Assembly (NCBI GenBank): GCA_905178155.1
Contig: CAJINV010000004.1
Coordinates: 6,702,933-6,766,932 of the forward strand
Source of the DNA: Amoebophrya sp. A120
Lineage: Eukaryota; Protista; Dinoflagellata
Reading direction: 5' to 3'
Length of the DNA stretch: 64,000 bases
Below the pieces are notes generated by a model. That model saw nothing but the letters and a program-made list of their open reading frames with translations, searched no databases and was not told the DNA's origin. A program made the position numbers and the translations under genes. This document shows positions 13,101-25,400 of the stretch, in pieces (the stretch's first letter is position 1; each line of letters begins with the position of its first letter).

Positions 13101-15113
13101 AAGACTCCGACTGCAGCAATTACGGAGAGATCTTCAGACACCATAGGGTCTATTGCAGCGAGCTGGAGGGACCGCAAGATCACTGCCGGCAAGCCTGCCT
13201 CGAAGCCGCACCCCTCCTCGGGCAGGAGCGAGACGAGAGCAAGTTGGTGCCAAGAACAACGAGGCTGAATAAAACGCTGTATCGACAGAAGTCCGTCAGT
13301 GAAAGGGCAAGGGCCGCGCTCGCAGAAAAAGAAATTCAGCACAGGATGGGAGTTTCGAAAGCGTACGCGACAAAAACTCTCGAACAGTTCGAGTTTGTCA
13401 TCAGCCCTGACGCCCGGGCGGACGACCCCGTAGCGGAGAAGCGGCGCTTGACTTTGGAGATGCCGGTGCTTCCCTACGTTGTGCAGGCGCAGCATTCGTA
13501 TTTCATCTCCGCCCTGAAACTGATTCTCGAGGACGAAGAGAACATCCAAGAGGGCAACGGTGCTACTCTTCTCCGCACGATTACAACGAAAAATGTGGAG
13601 CCTGCTCCACTCACGCCTACTTACCAGGATAATTCCTTTTTCCCTTATGGTGGGACGCATCTCGCTATGAGAGTACACAACCCCCCCTCCCCCTCCTTTG
13701 GTTTTATGCAAAGTTCCAAGTTATCCAGTCTGTTCCTCTTGGTACTGTTTGCATGACAAGTTCTGGTATCCCAAATAGAAGTAGAACTACACGCCAGTGT
13801 AAATTTGTCATGCAGAAGCAGAGCGAACCGAAACCGGAATTCTTGCTGATACTGAACCTGATGCTTGTCTGTTTGCCGTTTATGCTATACAAATGAGGGG
13901 GGGAGTTGTGCACTGTTATACTCGCCGCTGCCAGGTATGGGAGCCTGGTTGGTTACACCGGTAGCCGCTACAATTTTGTGGATTTTGATACGGACTATCT
14001 TGTCTGGGTGAAGAAGGAAGAGGGCGAACCGCAGGGGCGCGCCACGAGAAGGTTTTTCAAAGCTCTCGTGGAGGACTACTTTGGGAACGACCTTGCAAAA
14101 CCCGGGCCAGGCGACCCCGCGCTGGGGCACTGGGCCTGGCGCGCAGGTGAAGTCGGTCGGTCCTGTATTCTCGTAGACCTTGACGGTGCCGCTGGCGTTC
14201 CGGATCTGCCCTATGCCTATTGGCCGTCCGAAAACGTGGCCGCCATCCGGGATTCGGAGCTGCAGCGCGGGGACATCTTGCCCGAACCGGCTGGCTGGAT
14301 CGGTGAAAAATTCAGGAGGCACGACTCACACGGCTTCCGGTTGTACGCAGACGTGTGCGTGATTGAGTATGACGAAAAGGTGGGCAAGGCCTGTCTCGAC
14401 GCGAACCAAGAAAACTTGAGCGTTCGCTTCTGGTTAGATAACGAAACGAACTGCATCCGGGACGAGATCTTGCCCAAGCTTTTGCCGCCGAAGTTCGCGT
14501 CCGCCGCCCGGCGGGCGGACAAATCATCCTGGCAAATGCTGAAAGTCGATGGACACACGTTGCAAACGCCTGGCGAGGTGCTCTGGGCCACGACGACCAA
14601 GTTGGCGAAAAAGGACCGGTACAACAGGTCTCCTCCTCATCCTGGCGCGGGGCGCGAGGCTGCTTCATCAGTGTTTTCCTCCTCACCTACTTCGTCCAAA
14701 ATTACAGCGCAGGACGCTGTAATTAAAAGACCCGATCCAACAAGTCGTTTGGTATCTAACTATTGCATGCCTCCTGCAGGTGTGATCGTGAGTGGCGAAT
14801 GGTGGAACACGACGCGCGAGGCGCCGCTCAGCGACCAAGAGTGCGAAGCGATTCTGAAACACATCGCACAAGTTTCTTCTCCGCTCGCCCCTTTCTGTCG
14901 TTCGGGCATTGATGTTGATTGTAAGTATGTTGCGGAGGAGCGACGGGGGGGCTTCGAGGTGGGCAGGGTCCGTCTACGAAACAGAGAAAAAAAACAGTCC
15001 CAGCTTCCCTACCATCCCACGATACCGCGGGCGCACCACGACCCGAAACTAGCACGAGAACATCTGCAAGGCTTGCACCGAGCCAGCATTGCGGGCGCGA
15101 AAAGGGTGGTCGC
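10140..15113 (+). CDS. Type II membrane GT32/OCH1-like glycosyltransferase fused to a C-terminal LicD/fukutin-like nucleotidyltransferase domain (runs into N gap)
   Basis: TM segment AVLVGLSFVFLVFYAV; GT32 motifs AFRADIWRIAIVYFCGGLYVDAK, LTNRLLASYPRNP and TGPGLVT; after removing introners 12783-13064 and 13666-13920 the frame continues into YGGTHLAAARYG...VDFDTDYLV (LicD-like GTLLGAxR...DxDxD). Confidence 0.7.
12783..13064. mobile_element. Introner, family D
   Basis: TSD gacac/gacac; removal gives WDRHVHAAMH, colinear with FDKGVHQAMH of the intronless paralog. Confidence 0.92.
13666..13920. mobile_element. Introner, family B
   Basis: TSD ctcgc/ctcgc; splits the GGTHL|AAARYG motif. Confidence 0.9.
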
Positions 15114-15245
15114 NNNNNNNNNNNNNNNNNNNNNNNNNNNNNNNNNNNNNNNNNNNNNNNNNNNNNNNNNNNNNNNNNNNNNNNNNNNNNNNNNNNNNNN
15201 NNNNNNNNNNNNNNNNNNNNNNNNNNNNNNNNNNNNNNNNNNNNN
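15114..15245. other. Assembly gap (N run)
   Basis: Run of n. Confidence 0.99.
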
Positions 15246-16947
15246 ACTCTCGAACAGTTCGAGTTTGTCATCAGCCCTGACGCCCGGGCGGACGACCCCG
15301 TAGCGGAGAAGCGGCGCTTGACTTTGGAGATGCCGGTGCTTCCCTACGTTGTGCAGGCGCAGCATTCGTATTTCATCTCCGCCCTGAAACTGATTCTCGA
15401 GGACGAAGAGAACATCCAAGAGGGCAACGATGCTACTCTTCTCCGCACGATTACAACGAAAAATGTGGAGCCTGCTCCACTCACGCCTACTTACCAGGAT
15501 AATTCCTTTTTCCCTTATGGTGGGACGCATCTCGCTATGAGAGTGCACAAGAACTCCCCCTCCCCCTCCTTTGCATGACAAGTTCTGGTAGCCCAAATAG
15601 AACTACATTCCAGTGTTGGTGTAAATTTGTCGTGCAGAACCGGAATTCTTGCTGATCTTGAACCTGATGCTTGTCTTGTTGCCGTTTATGCTATACTTAC
15701 AAATGAGGGGGGGGGAGTTGTGCACTGTTATACTCGCCGCTGCCAGGTATGGGAGCCTGGCTGGTTACACCGGAAGCCGGTACAACTTTGTGAATTTTGA
15801 CACGGACTATCTTGTCTGGGTGAAGAAAGAAAGGGCAGAACCGCAGGGGCGCGCCACGAGAAGGTTTTTCAAAGCTCTCGTGGAGGACTACTTTGGGCAC
15901 GACCTTGCAAAACCCGGGCCAGGCGACCCAGCGCTGGGGCACTGGACCTGGCGCGGGGGTCGGTCGTGTATTCTCGTAGACCTTGATAGCGCCGCTGGCG
16001 TTCCGGATCTGCCCTATGCTTACTGGCCGTCCGAAAACGTGGCCGCCATCCGAGCTTCGGAGCTGAAGCGCGGGGACATCTTGCCCTGGCCGCACGGCTG
16101 GATCGGTGAAAAATTCAGGAGGCACGACTCACACGGCTTCCGGTTGTACGCAGACGTGTGCGTGATTGAGTATGACGAAAAGGTGGGCAAGGCCTGTCTC
16201 GACGCGAACACAAAAGACTTGAGCGTTCGCTTCTGGTTAGATAACAAAACCAACTGCATCCGGGACGAGGTCTTGCCTAAGCTTTTGCCGCCGAAGTTCG
16301 CGTCCGCCGCCCGGCTGGCGGACAAATCAGCCTGGCAAATGCTGAAAGCCGATGGACACACGTTGCAAACGCCTGGCGAGGTGCTCTGGGCCACGACGAC
16401 CAAGTTGGCACGAAAGGACAAGTACAACAGGTCTCCTCCCCATCCTGGCGCGGGGCGCGAGGCTGCTTCGTCAGTGTTTTCCTCTTCTTCACCTTCGTCC
16501 AATATTAACGCGCAGGACGATATTAAAACACCCAATCCAACAAGTCGTTTGGTATCTAACTATTGCATGCCTCCTGCAGGTGTGATCGTGAGTGGCGAAT
16601 GGTGGAACACGACGCGCGAGGCGCCGCTCGGCGACCAAGAGTGCGAAGCGATTCTGGAACACATCGCTCAAGTTTCTTCTCCGCTCGCCCCTTTCTGTCG
16701 TTCGGGCATTGATGTTGATTGTAAGTATGTTGCGGGGGAGCGACGGGGGGGCTTCGAGGTGGGCAGGGTCCGTCTACGAAACAGAGAAAAAAAACAGTCC
16801 CAGCTTCCCTACCATCCCACGATACCGCGGGCGCACCACGACCCGAAACTAGCACGAGAACATCTGCAAGGCTTGCACCGAGCCAGCATTGCGGGCGCGA
16901 AAAGGGTGGTCGCAAAGCGTCCGCTGATGAAACATGAGGGAAACTAG
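15246..16947 (+). CDS. Second copy of the LicD-like C-terminal region (tandem paralog or alternate haplotype), ends at TAG
   Basis: Duplicates 13376-15113 with near-identical ends and a diverged middle; carries the same introner at 15536-15732. Confidence 0.6.
15536..15732. mobile_element. Introner, family B (internally deleted homolog of 13666-13920)
   Basis: TSD ctcgc/ctcgc; 197 bp versus 255 bp. Confidence 0.88.
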
Positions 16948-17812
16948 TGTCAGCGATTTATTTCCATGTTCACGCTTGCTCGCGATGTTTTCGTGCTTTT
17001 ATCTCTTATCGCCCTAATTATGATGGAGATTTATTTTGTCCTGCGATATTAGCATGTGCTCGGAGACAAGAAAACATTGTGTCGGTTTTCATATCCCGAT
17101 CCGCCACGCCCAAGCACACATTACACGTGAAGGCAACGTCTTGACGAGGACTGGCCTCATTCTTTATCAATGTGCTATACGACCTGCACTGTTCTACTAT
17201 TCTCGTTTCTGCTACGTAAGAACGTTGTCGTTTAGGCATGATCGTCCTCGTGCTTTTATTCGCTTTCGTGATGCGCGTGACGTCGTACACCTGTTGAATC
17301 AAGAAAAACACAGTGCCTTTGCCTATGATTTCATGAACAGGATAATCGTTGCAATCGCGTTCGTACACAAGTGCTATATGTCTTGTCGTGCCCTCGTTCA
17401 GCGTGTACATACTAGCTGGGAGATTTGCAGCAGCCGGAGCAGTCCTCTGTGCTTCAAATAACTCGAGCTGTGGTCTTCTTTTCCTAAGTTGTTACTTTCG
17501 CAAGCAAATGTGCAAATAACCTTTCGGCACTGTAATCAAAAACGGGCAGGCCGGCTTTGACACCCGAGATACCTATGCCCAATCGTCGTCCCCGACATGA
17601 CCAAAACGTACTTTTGGGATAGTGCGAAAAGTAGTAAAGTCGATTTTTTTATGCTTTACTTGGATGTCGTGACCCAGCAGCATCTTCACGCACCTACAGG
17701 GAGGTTCGGCCAAGAAGAGTAGAGCAAAAAAAACTTCCTCGTGGAACAAGCAAATGTAGTATACTCTTCTAGCATAGAATTAGAAGCAGATTGACAACTT
17801 GTCGCGATCACG

Positions 17813-20779
17813 ATGTTGGTTCGGATATCAGACGAGGACGATGTCGAAGTTGGCATTGACCATGAGCGGACCACTGGGACTTCGGTGCTAAATGTGATGG
17901 AGCAAATAGTAAGACTCAGGCACGAGGAGATCGAGAGCGCCCGTACTTGTTGCCCCTACGCTTTTATCTCGTCCAGACACTCTACTCCGTGTATGCAGTT
18001 CTGTCGTTACGCCGTTTTTGTCGGGGTGTGTTTTTGCGCTTCGGTCTGGCTTTCCGTCTCTGACTCACGGCACCGCATGGTAGAACGGATTCCTGCGGTC
18101 CTGCAGCGTCGTATAGGTAGTAGTACCATACCGAGCTCAGAAGATCTAGCTTTCAGGAGGGGATCCTCAGGCACTGCGGCCGCGGGTGCAGAAGCGAAAA
18201 ATGAACAAGCAGCATCAGGTGACGGAAGCACAGCTCGTCTCGGCTTCTCTTTATCATCAAGTGCAAGAAACAGCACGACGCAAGATCATGGCGACACAAT
18301 GAAGATGCGCGGCCGGCAGCAAGCAAACTACATTCCTCCCCGGGATGGCCCAAGATACGAGAAACTGTGGCGCAAACTGTGCCCGAACTACGAGACGCTG
18401 AAAGCAGATACTGAAGTGCGGCGATTGCCGTCGCAAAACGTGTTTCTGACGGGTCGCTTTTTCCCCGACTTGATGGACGGCCCAGTGCGGAAGGCATTGT
18501 TTCCGGACGCGAAATTTCTTGCTTTTTTTGATAACCTGGCAACGGACGAAAGCATCCGGCTGATATCAGCCTTTTTGGAGGAGCAGAAGATCTTCCATCC
18601 GCCAGAAGCTCAGGGGCAGCAGCAGTACACTGGTTTGAAGAAAGATCCACAGCAATCAAACAACAACCCCACCAGCGACGCTGAGCATGCCGCGCAGCAA
18701 AGCAGGCCGTGGACGCTGCTGCGCGCCTACCGCGAGGTAAACGCGTGGTCGTTTCGTGCGGATATTTGGCGGATCGCTATTATCTACGCTTGCGGCGGCC
18801 TTTACCTAGACGCCAAGGCAACCTGGCCCGAAAGCAGGCACTACACCGCGGATATGAGACAGGCGAAAAGTGCTTCATCCGGATCCGGTCCAGACGAGGC
18901 TCGCGGCCCGGGCGCGCCGACACAGCGGCGAAACCTGGCACAGCAAAAGTCTTTCGGTGATCACTGGAATCATACGGCGGGGCTTCACGATGACAAGTTC
19001 GGCTCGTCGTCCCCTGGCGTAGTTGACGCGCAGTCGAAGGAGACAACAAGAACTTTGTGGGCAACATCAAGCATCAGGGATCCCTACGAGGGGACAAATC
19101 GTAATCACTCAGAATCACACCCGCATGATGACTCCCGCAGTGCTTCCGGCAGTATAATTTCGTCTCAGGGTCAGTCCAGCACCAGGACCAGCAGAGGAGA
19201 GGGGAGCAACAATGCTTCTCGAACTCCATCAGGATCAGCACCGACGAGAAAACTAGGTCTGGCTTCTGAGCAAGATGAACCTGCTGACAGGACGCTACAA
19301 GAAGAAGAACAGCTTGACGGAGGTGTAGGGCAGGCGGGAACAGAGCCCGGCGAGGCCGAGCAGTTAGCGGTGCTGCGTGCGAAAGCCGAGAAGGCTGAAA
19401 AAGAACGACAGTCTGCTCTGTCTCCCCGCCATAGGACGAAGGGACGCAAGCGAAAAAAGTTTGTGGACGATGAAGAAGATGAGGACGGAGAGCGTGTGCC
19501 GCGGAGCAGGAGGTCGCGTGGGGGTGCACGGGCGGGCCGTGAAGATGTTGATGCTTCGAAAAATAAAAATGCCGAACACACAGCGAAAAAAGCGCCGTGG
19601 GAAAAAGTGAAACTTTTCTCACCAATAGCGATGCTGCGACGGAGTAAAAGAGAGCGTGAAGCAAGATGGTTCACCTCACACTTGAAATATGAGCGCACCT
19701 CCTCGGTTTTTCAGAAACTCGCGCCCGATGGAAGTATGAGTCCAGGGGAGGTGATGTTCTGCCTCGACACCGATATCCTGGCCCCGGGTAGCTGTGGCCT
19801 CACGAACAACCTGATTGCGAGCTACCCCCGCAATCCCGCTCTACTCTACATATTGCGCGCACAAATCCAGAATGTCATGGAGCACCGCTACGATTTCGGA
19901 GACGACGTGACCTCCCGGGGGCACGAGGACCTGTTTCTGACCGGCCCGGGCCTCGTGACGAGCGTGGTACTGCGGGAGCCGTGCTTGCGGCGCACGCTGG
20001 TGCCGCGGTGCGCATATGCCGACGCGGGTCCGCTTTTCCAACACGTTCGACGGGCGCAGCCGGAAGTCGTCAACGCAGTGTGCGGTCGCCCGGGCCACAA
20101 CGACGCATGCACGGGAGAGGGGTATCACGTCGCATTCTCACCCGCGTATTGGGCGGAATTTAAAAAAGTCGGCGCAGAAATCAAGAAACGGTCGGCTCCC
20201 GACATCTGCGACGAAAGCCGGATGTTGCGAGGATTGAAAACCATGCCTCTCGCCGGGAAGCGCCCCTTATTGCTGAGAGCAAGAACCTCCACGCCCGAAG
20301 ATTCGTTCGAAGACACTGGGCCCCTGGGGGACGAGGAAGATACAACAGGTTCTACAACTCGCACAGGCGTGAACAAAGACGAAAACTTTTACGATGATAG
20401 ACAGCCGGCACTGCTGGAGCTGCTTGTAGATGATTGGCGGGAGAACCCTTGGTCGCCGGAAAAGGTCGACGTGCGCAAGGACCTGATGACCTCCTTTGAC
20501 AAGGGCGTGCACCAGGCGATGCACAAGCGGAAGAAACACTCCGATTGCAGTGCATACGGGGACATTTTTAATCACCACAAAGTGTTTTGTCGCGATTTGG
20601 AGGGCCCCGAAGACCATTGCCTGCAGGCGTGCTTCCAGAAAGACTCCTTTTCCACCATTTTTCAGAAACGCATGGCTCCGACAAGATTCCAAAGCCCGAC
20701 ACTCTACCAGATAAAATCCACGACCAAGAGCAACGCGCCACTTTCCGATAGCGCCGCTCTTGGGGGTGCGGGTCGCTGA
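17813..20779 (+). CDS. GT32/OCH1-like glycosyltransferase paralog, intronless, no LicD-like domain
   Basis: 988-aa ORF; N-terminal TM; SFRADIWRIAIIYACGGLYLDAK, LTNNLIASYPRNP, LTGPGLVT; colinear with the 10140 gene. Confidence 0.75.
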   Translation: MLVRISDEDDVEVGIDHERTTGTSVLNVMEQIVRLRHEEIESARTCCPYAFISSRHSTPCMQFCRYAVFVGVCFCASVWLSVSDSRHRMVERIPAVLQRRIGSSTIPSSEDLAFRRGSSGTAAAGAEAKNEQAASGDGSTARLGFSLSSSARNSTTQDHGDTMKMRGRQQANYIPPRDGPRYEKLWRKLCPNYETLKADTEVRRLPSQNVFLTGRFFPDLMDGPVRKALFPDAKFLAFFDNLATDESIRLISAFLEEQKIFHPPEAQGQQQYTGLKKDPQQSNNNPTSDAEHAAQQSRPWTLLRAYREVNAWSFRADIWRIAIIYACGGLYLDAKATWPESRHYTADMRQAKSASSGSGPDEARGPGAPTQRRNLAQQKSFGDHWNHTAGLHDDKFGSSSPGVVDAQSKETTRTLWATSSIRDPYEGTNRNHSESHPHDDSRSASGSIISSQGQSSTRTSRGEGSNNASRTPSGSAPTRKLGLASEQDEPADRTLQEEEQLDGGVGQAGTEPGEAEQLAVLRAKAEKAEKERQSALSPRHRTKGRKRKKFVDDEEDEDGERVPRSRRSRGGARAGREDVDASKNKNAEHTAKKAPWEKVKLFSPIAMLRRSKREREARWFTSHLKYERTSSVFQKLAPDGSMSPGEVMFCLDTDILAPGSCGLTNNLIASYPRNPALLYILRAQIQNVMEHRYDFGDDVTSRGHEDLFLTGPGLVTSVVLREPCLRRTLVPRCAYADAGPLFQHVRRAQPEVVNAVCGRPGHNDACTGEGYHVAFSPAYWAEFKKVGAEIKKRSAPDICDESRMLRGLKTMPLAGKRPLLLRARTSTPEDSFEDTGPLGDEEDTTGSTTRTGVNKDENFYDDRQPALLELLVDDWRENPWSPEKVDVRKDLMTSFDKGVHQAMHKRKKHSDCSAYGDIFNHHKVFCRDLEGPEDHCLQACFQKDSFSTIFQKRMAPTRFQSPTLYQIKSTTKSNAPLSDSAALGGAGR

Positions 20780-21482
20780 TGTTGTAGAAAAAGTTGTTTC
20801 TAGTATAGTACCTGCCCGACGACCTGATCAACGCCTGCGTCATAACTGTTACTCAGCTCGGACTCGGTCGAGATAGCAAAAGGAGACCAGCACACTGCGA
20901 CAGTGATGTTGCAACAACAACCATCTACATCTACGATTAAGATTCTAGCCCCTGCTGTCATGATCATGATGGTGCTCTTGCTCAGGCATGCATAGAAAAA
21001 TTGAATGTCGAATGTGCAGCTCAGGACACAAGAGCATCATCTATGAATACCACGAGATATGAGAAAGAACAAATAGTTGCAGTTGGCAGGACAACAGAAG
21101 TTCTGCTCCTTCGATAATTTTCAATTTTGTCTTTGTTCGTTTTTCCTGGCCCTGGAGCTTTCTTTGTTTTTGCTCGGCTAGACATTCTGTTCTGCTGAGT
21201 ACTTATGACGTGGAGATGTCTGTGTTAGCTTTCTTCGGCCCGCGAATTTTCCTTGCACAAAAATGTACTTACTTAGATAGTCCCGGCCACGGACTGAAGA
21301 GAGCAATCCGTCGAGCGCTTGTTGCAAAGAAGGGGGGTGAGTGCTCGAGGTCCATCGAGGTTCTGTGGTCGACATGCGCGCACGACTCACAGTACTTGTG
21401 GAAAATTGATGAGAGTTGTCGTGTACACCACCTGAGCGGACAAGGATCGTATAATAATGCGGTCACTTGAGACTGAGAGTCA

Positions 21483-22215
21483 TATGTAGTGAGGTCACCG
21501 AACGGTTCTAACCAGGGAGTTTTCTTGCCATATACCCTGAAAAACGACCGGCAGTTTTGAAGCCTGTAGAGAGTTTTTTTGCATGAAAAAGATCCCAGCG
21601 TGCAAGCCTGTTTGGCTTTGCTGGCACCGAATCGCCAGCGGATTCTATCGATCCACGCTGGGTAAAACGACGCAGGGGAGCCGGCAAAAGGGGCGCCCTT
21701 CTGAGGCGCCCACCGCCTTGGTTTCTGGCGGTTTGGGGTGCCCAAAAGGACGCCCGAAAAAAACGCATCCAAAATCAGATCAGCGAAACAGCATGGAACG
21801 GCCGCGATTTTGGAGCATTTTGGGCGGCCGCGAAAGCGGCCGTATTTTCGCCGGTTTCAGAGCCTGGGGAGCTTTGCAAAAAGCGCCGGCTAGAAAAATA
21901 AAAACGCAAAAAAGCAAAAGCGCGCCAGACCTGCAAAGCCAATCCGCATGCTATGGGCCCGATTTTTCTTCGCTTTTTGGGCGCCCCCCATGGCACCCGG
22001 ATCGGCCCCATAGCATGGGGGCTGGCTTTCGGAAAGGAATATCGGGAATTTGCCAAAATTTGCGACGTTTATCACGCGGCCGCCATACCGCCCGGCCTAA
22101 CGTTACTCGCGGCGGTATGGCGAGCCCAGAAAAAGCAAAGCCGCGGCCAAGGCGACGGCCGGCAAGAAAACGCCCACGACCTCACTACCTCCGCCCCGGC
22201 GGCTATATTTGGTAG
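21483..22215. mobile_element. ~730-bp non-autonomous element, copy 1 (Helentron/Helitron-like architecture)
   Basis: Homologous to 44059-44791; starts TATGTAGTGAGGTC, subterminal inverted GACCTCACTAC, then CCGCC-CC-GGCGG hairpin and TATATTTGGTAG. Confidence 0.75.
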
Positions 22216-22486
22216 TCATACGCACACCAAGGAAGTGAGCAGTAAGGCTTGCTTTCGAGAATTCACGCAGAACAATTCTTGCTTTCACTTGCGTGTGGCA
22301 TGCAAGCTGCCTTCGAAGAAGTGCGATTGGTAAAGTAAGTACATTCCGGCTGGCTCTGCCGAAGGTAAACGATATGTATGAGCGAAGATCTTTTCAACTG
22401 TCGAGGTCGTCAAAAATATCGAATTGCAGGCTACTTGAGTATTGTCAAAGTTTCAAAACTTTTACGCGTTGTACACGTATTAAACC

Positions 22487-25400
22487 ATGCCGCCGAAAGG
22501 TGGCGGCGCCGCCGAGCTGGAGGCGAATTCCACCTTTGAGGCCCGCGCGCCGGACGAGGTCCCCGCCCCCGAGGAAGTTGCCGCCTTCGAGCCGGCGACC
22601 AGGAGCCTGGCGCCGCGGCTGTACCCGGAATTTGATGCGGAAGCGATCGATCAAGTCAACTGGGGCTTCAATTTTGTCGAGTCGTACTACCCCGACGTGA
22701 ATGTGGTGGACAAAATCAACGTGAAGCAGAGCCCGGGTTCTTTCTTCGATGCCGACTTTCCGGTGTGGTCAAATGGAGTATGAGAGTGCACAAGTCCCCC
22801 TCCTCCTCTTTTGTATGGCATGAACGGCAATACAAGCATCAGCAAGAGTGCCGGTTTTGCATGACAAATTTGCGCTGGAGTGTAGTGCTATTTGGGCTGC
22901 CCGAACTTGTCATGCAAACAGTGCCAAGAGCCAAGGCGCAAATTAGGCATTTTGCATGACAAATGAGGGGGAGGGGGGGTTGTGCACTGTCAAATGGTGG
23001 CGCGGAGAAAATCGACAAGGGGGTAGCCGTATCCTGTGCAAAAGTATCGTACTCGTCTTGCAATCATGCATTACAAATCTTTCTCTTAAGGTAAATCAGC
23101 ATTACAAATTTTATCTCTCATGCTGAGGAAATTTGTAATGCATTTATACGATTACCTTTTGCAATGCATAAGCCGAGCGAACCACGGCCTGGCGCCGGGT
23201 CACGCACGTGAAGACTGCGGGACATACCTTGGAGCCACCTGGTATGGCGTTCTCAAACGTTACATTCTCAACTGTTACATGAATTTGTCATGCAAAAGAA
23301 CCTTGTTAAGCCGGCAGATCCAGATGATCGAGCTGCTTCGCATGACAAATTTCGGGAGGGCTAGACAGCATCTAAATCTGCGCCAAACTTGTAATGCAAA
23401 AGGCGCAATCTTCTTCCTTCCAATTTTGCCAGTCTTGCATTACAAATTCATGTTGTAAGAGTTGACGTTGAGAATGTAACATTTGAGAATGCCATACCTG
23501 GAGGTGCTGGAGGCGAGGAGGAAGGTGCGGGCGGAGATGCAGCCCCGGCCCCGCTGGTGCGATCTAGTTATTCATACATCTTCGTGATTTTCATTTTTAT
23601 TGTCATGCAAGGTTCTAGTTCATTTTCATATTCTTTCATCCTCATACATAGTCATGTTCAAGAACGCGCACCAGCAATAGCAAAGAAAAGGACGCAGGAA
23701 CAGGAAGTGGTCCTCACTACTACTCATTGCGTTCAATAAGATTCATGTGCTCCTTATTTGGATGAAATAAAAATGCAGGCCAGCGAGGGGAAAAGCACGC
23801 AAGATCAGTATGACGAGTGGCTGGCCCCGCGAGGCGAGTCTTACTCGAAGTCCTGCATGGTTGCGTTTCTGGAGAACTGCAAACAGTCCGATATGTACAA
23901 GGAGCTGGGCGTCCCTGTGCCAAAGCCGCCGGCAGACGGTATTCATTGTACTCCGTTTATTGCGGTTTCGTGCTCTGTTCGCTGGAGAAAGAGTTGTAGA
24001 AAATGCAGTTGTACGGAGAAGTCGTCCGTTGCGACGTGCTGAATTTCAATTTTTTTCTGATGCAATTATTCGCTCCGAAACCAAAATCTCGCGACGCAAA
24101 ATAAACAATCGCTCCGTCAAAAAATATCCAGGCGACGAAGCGGAGCCGCAGCCAAAATACCTGCGCATGCCCGCCTGCATGTACGTGCAGCCCACGCAAG
24201 ACGTGGGTTGCGCCCAGGCTATGGCGTCCGCTTTCGGGGTAATAGAGGAGAACTGCGCGGATAAGCTGCCGAACGGATCCTACCTCTGGGAACTGATCTA
24301 CCCCCAGGCCGAGGTCAGTTTCAAGACGTTAGACCCACCAGCGCCACCCGCTGGGGAGGAGGAAGCGGCGGAGGTATGATTGAATCTTTAATCTTTTGTT
24401 TTGGTGCTGATTGATGTGGTCCTCACGACCTAGTACCAGTACGCATCTGATTTCGGGTTGTTCGCTATTTGCATGCAGCAGCTGCACAAACGAAGAGGAA
24501 GATGATGCGGTAGTTAATACATCGAATTATGGTGTTGAAGTCCACAAGCACAACTGAGTTCATCTTCAACTTACTATCCAAATCAATTCTAAATTTCCGT
24601 CTCTCGAGGTTCCTCCCCCGCCGCCCCCTGGGAAATTGAAGCTCCCCATCATCAACCCCAGCGGGAAATACGTGGTGAAGCTCTTCATCATGGGTAAATG
24701 GCGGGCCGTCGTGGTGGACGACACCGTGCCCTGCGAGAGCCTCGACGACGGACAGACCTTCACTTCGCTGCTGCCAAACGCGTGCACGAACTCCATCCTG
24801 GCGCGCATCCAGCAGAACATGAGCAAAAAGCGCCGGCCGGCGAAGGTGGACCCCACTAAGGACTTGGACAAAAACGCCAGTCTTTGGTGCCAGATTCTGG
24901 GGAAGGCGATCTTGAAGGTAAGTACGAATTCAGCTGTTCACGAATGAGGTTGAGGATTAGCTTCTGATGTGCAACTACAAGAAGAAAGCTCGTCAGCAGT
25001 TGCTTGTGATTAACAGTGTTGATAGTTGTTCGCTGAATTCTTGCAAAAGGAGCATTGAATGCCAAGTGCAGGAGGGAGCATTCGGTAAACAAAGGACCTT
25101 GCTCTGCAAGGAGCGTACTCTCGCACGGCACGAGCTTCCTTTCACCACAGGTTTCCCGAGACTTCGACTTCGTACCCTTGCTCCACCTTTTAACCGGGTA
25201 CATTCCGGTCGTGGAGCCCCTTACCTGGGCCTATGGATTGCAAAAGTGTCTGGGTCTGGAAGAATGCAACTTGTGATGCTGCATTTGGATTCCAAAAAAA
25301 TCTGTATTGCATGAGCAGCAAAAGGAGTATAATTTCTGCTTCTACAAGGATAGGGCATTCGCATTTGTCATGCGGAATAGGCATCAAGATGCCTTCAAAA

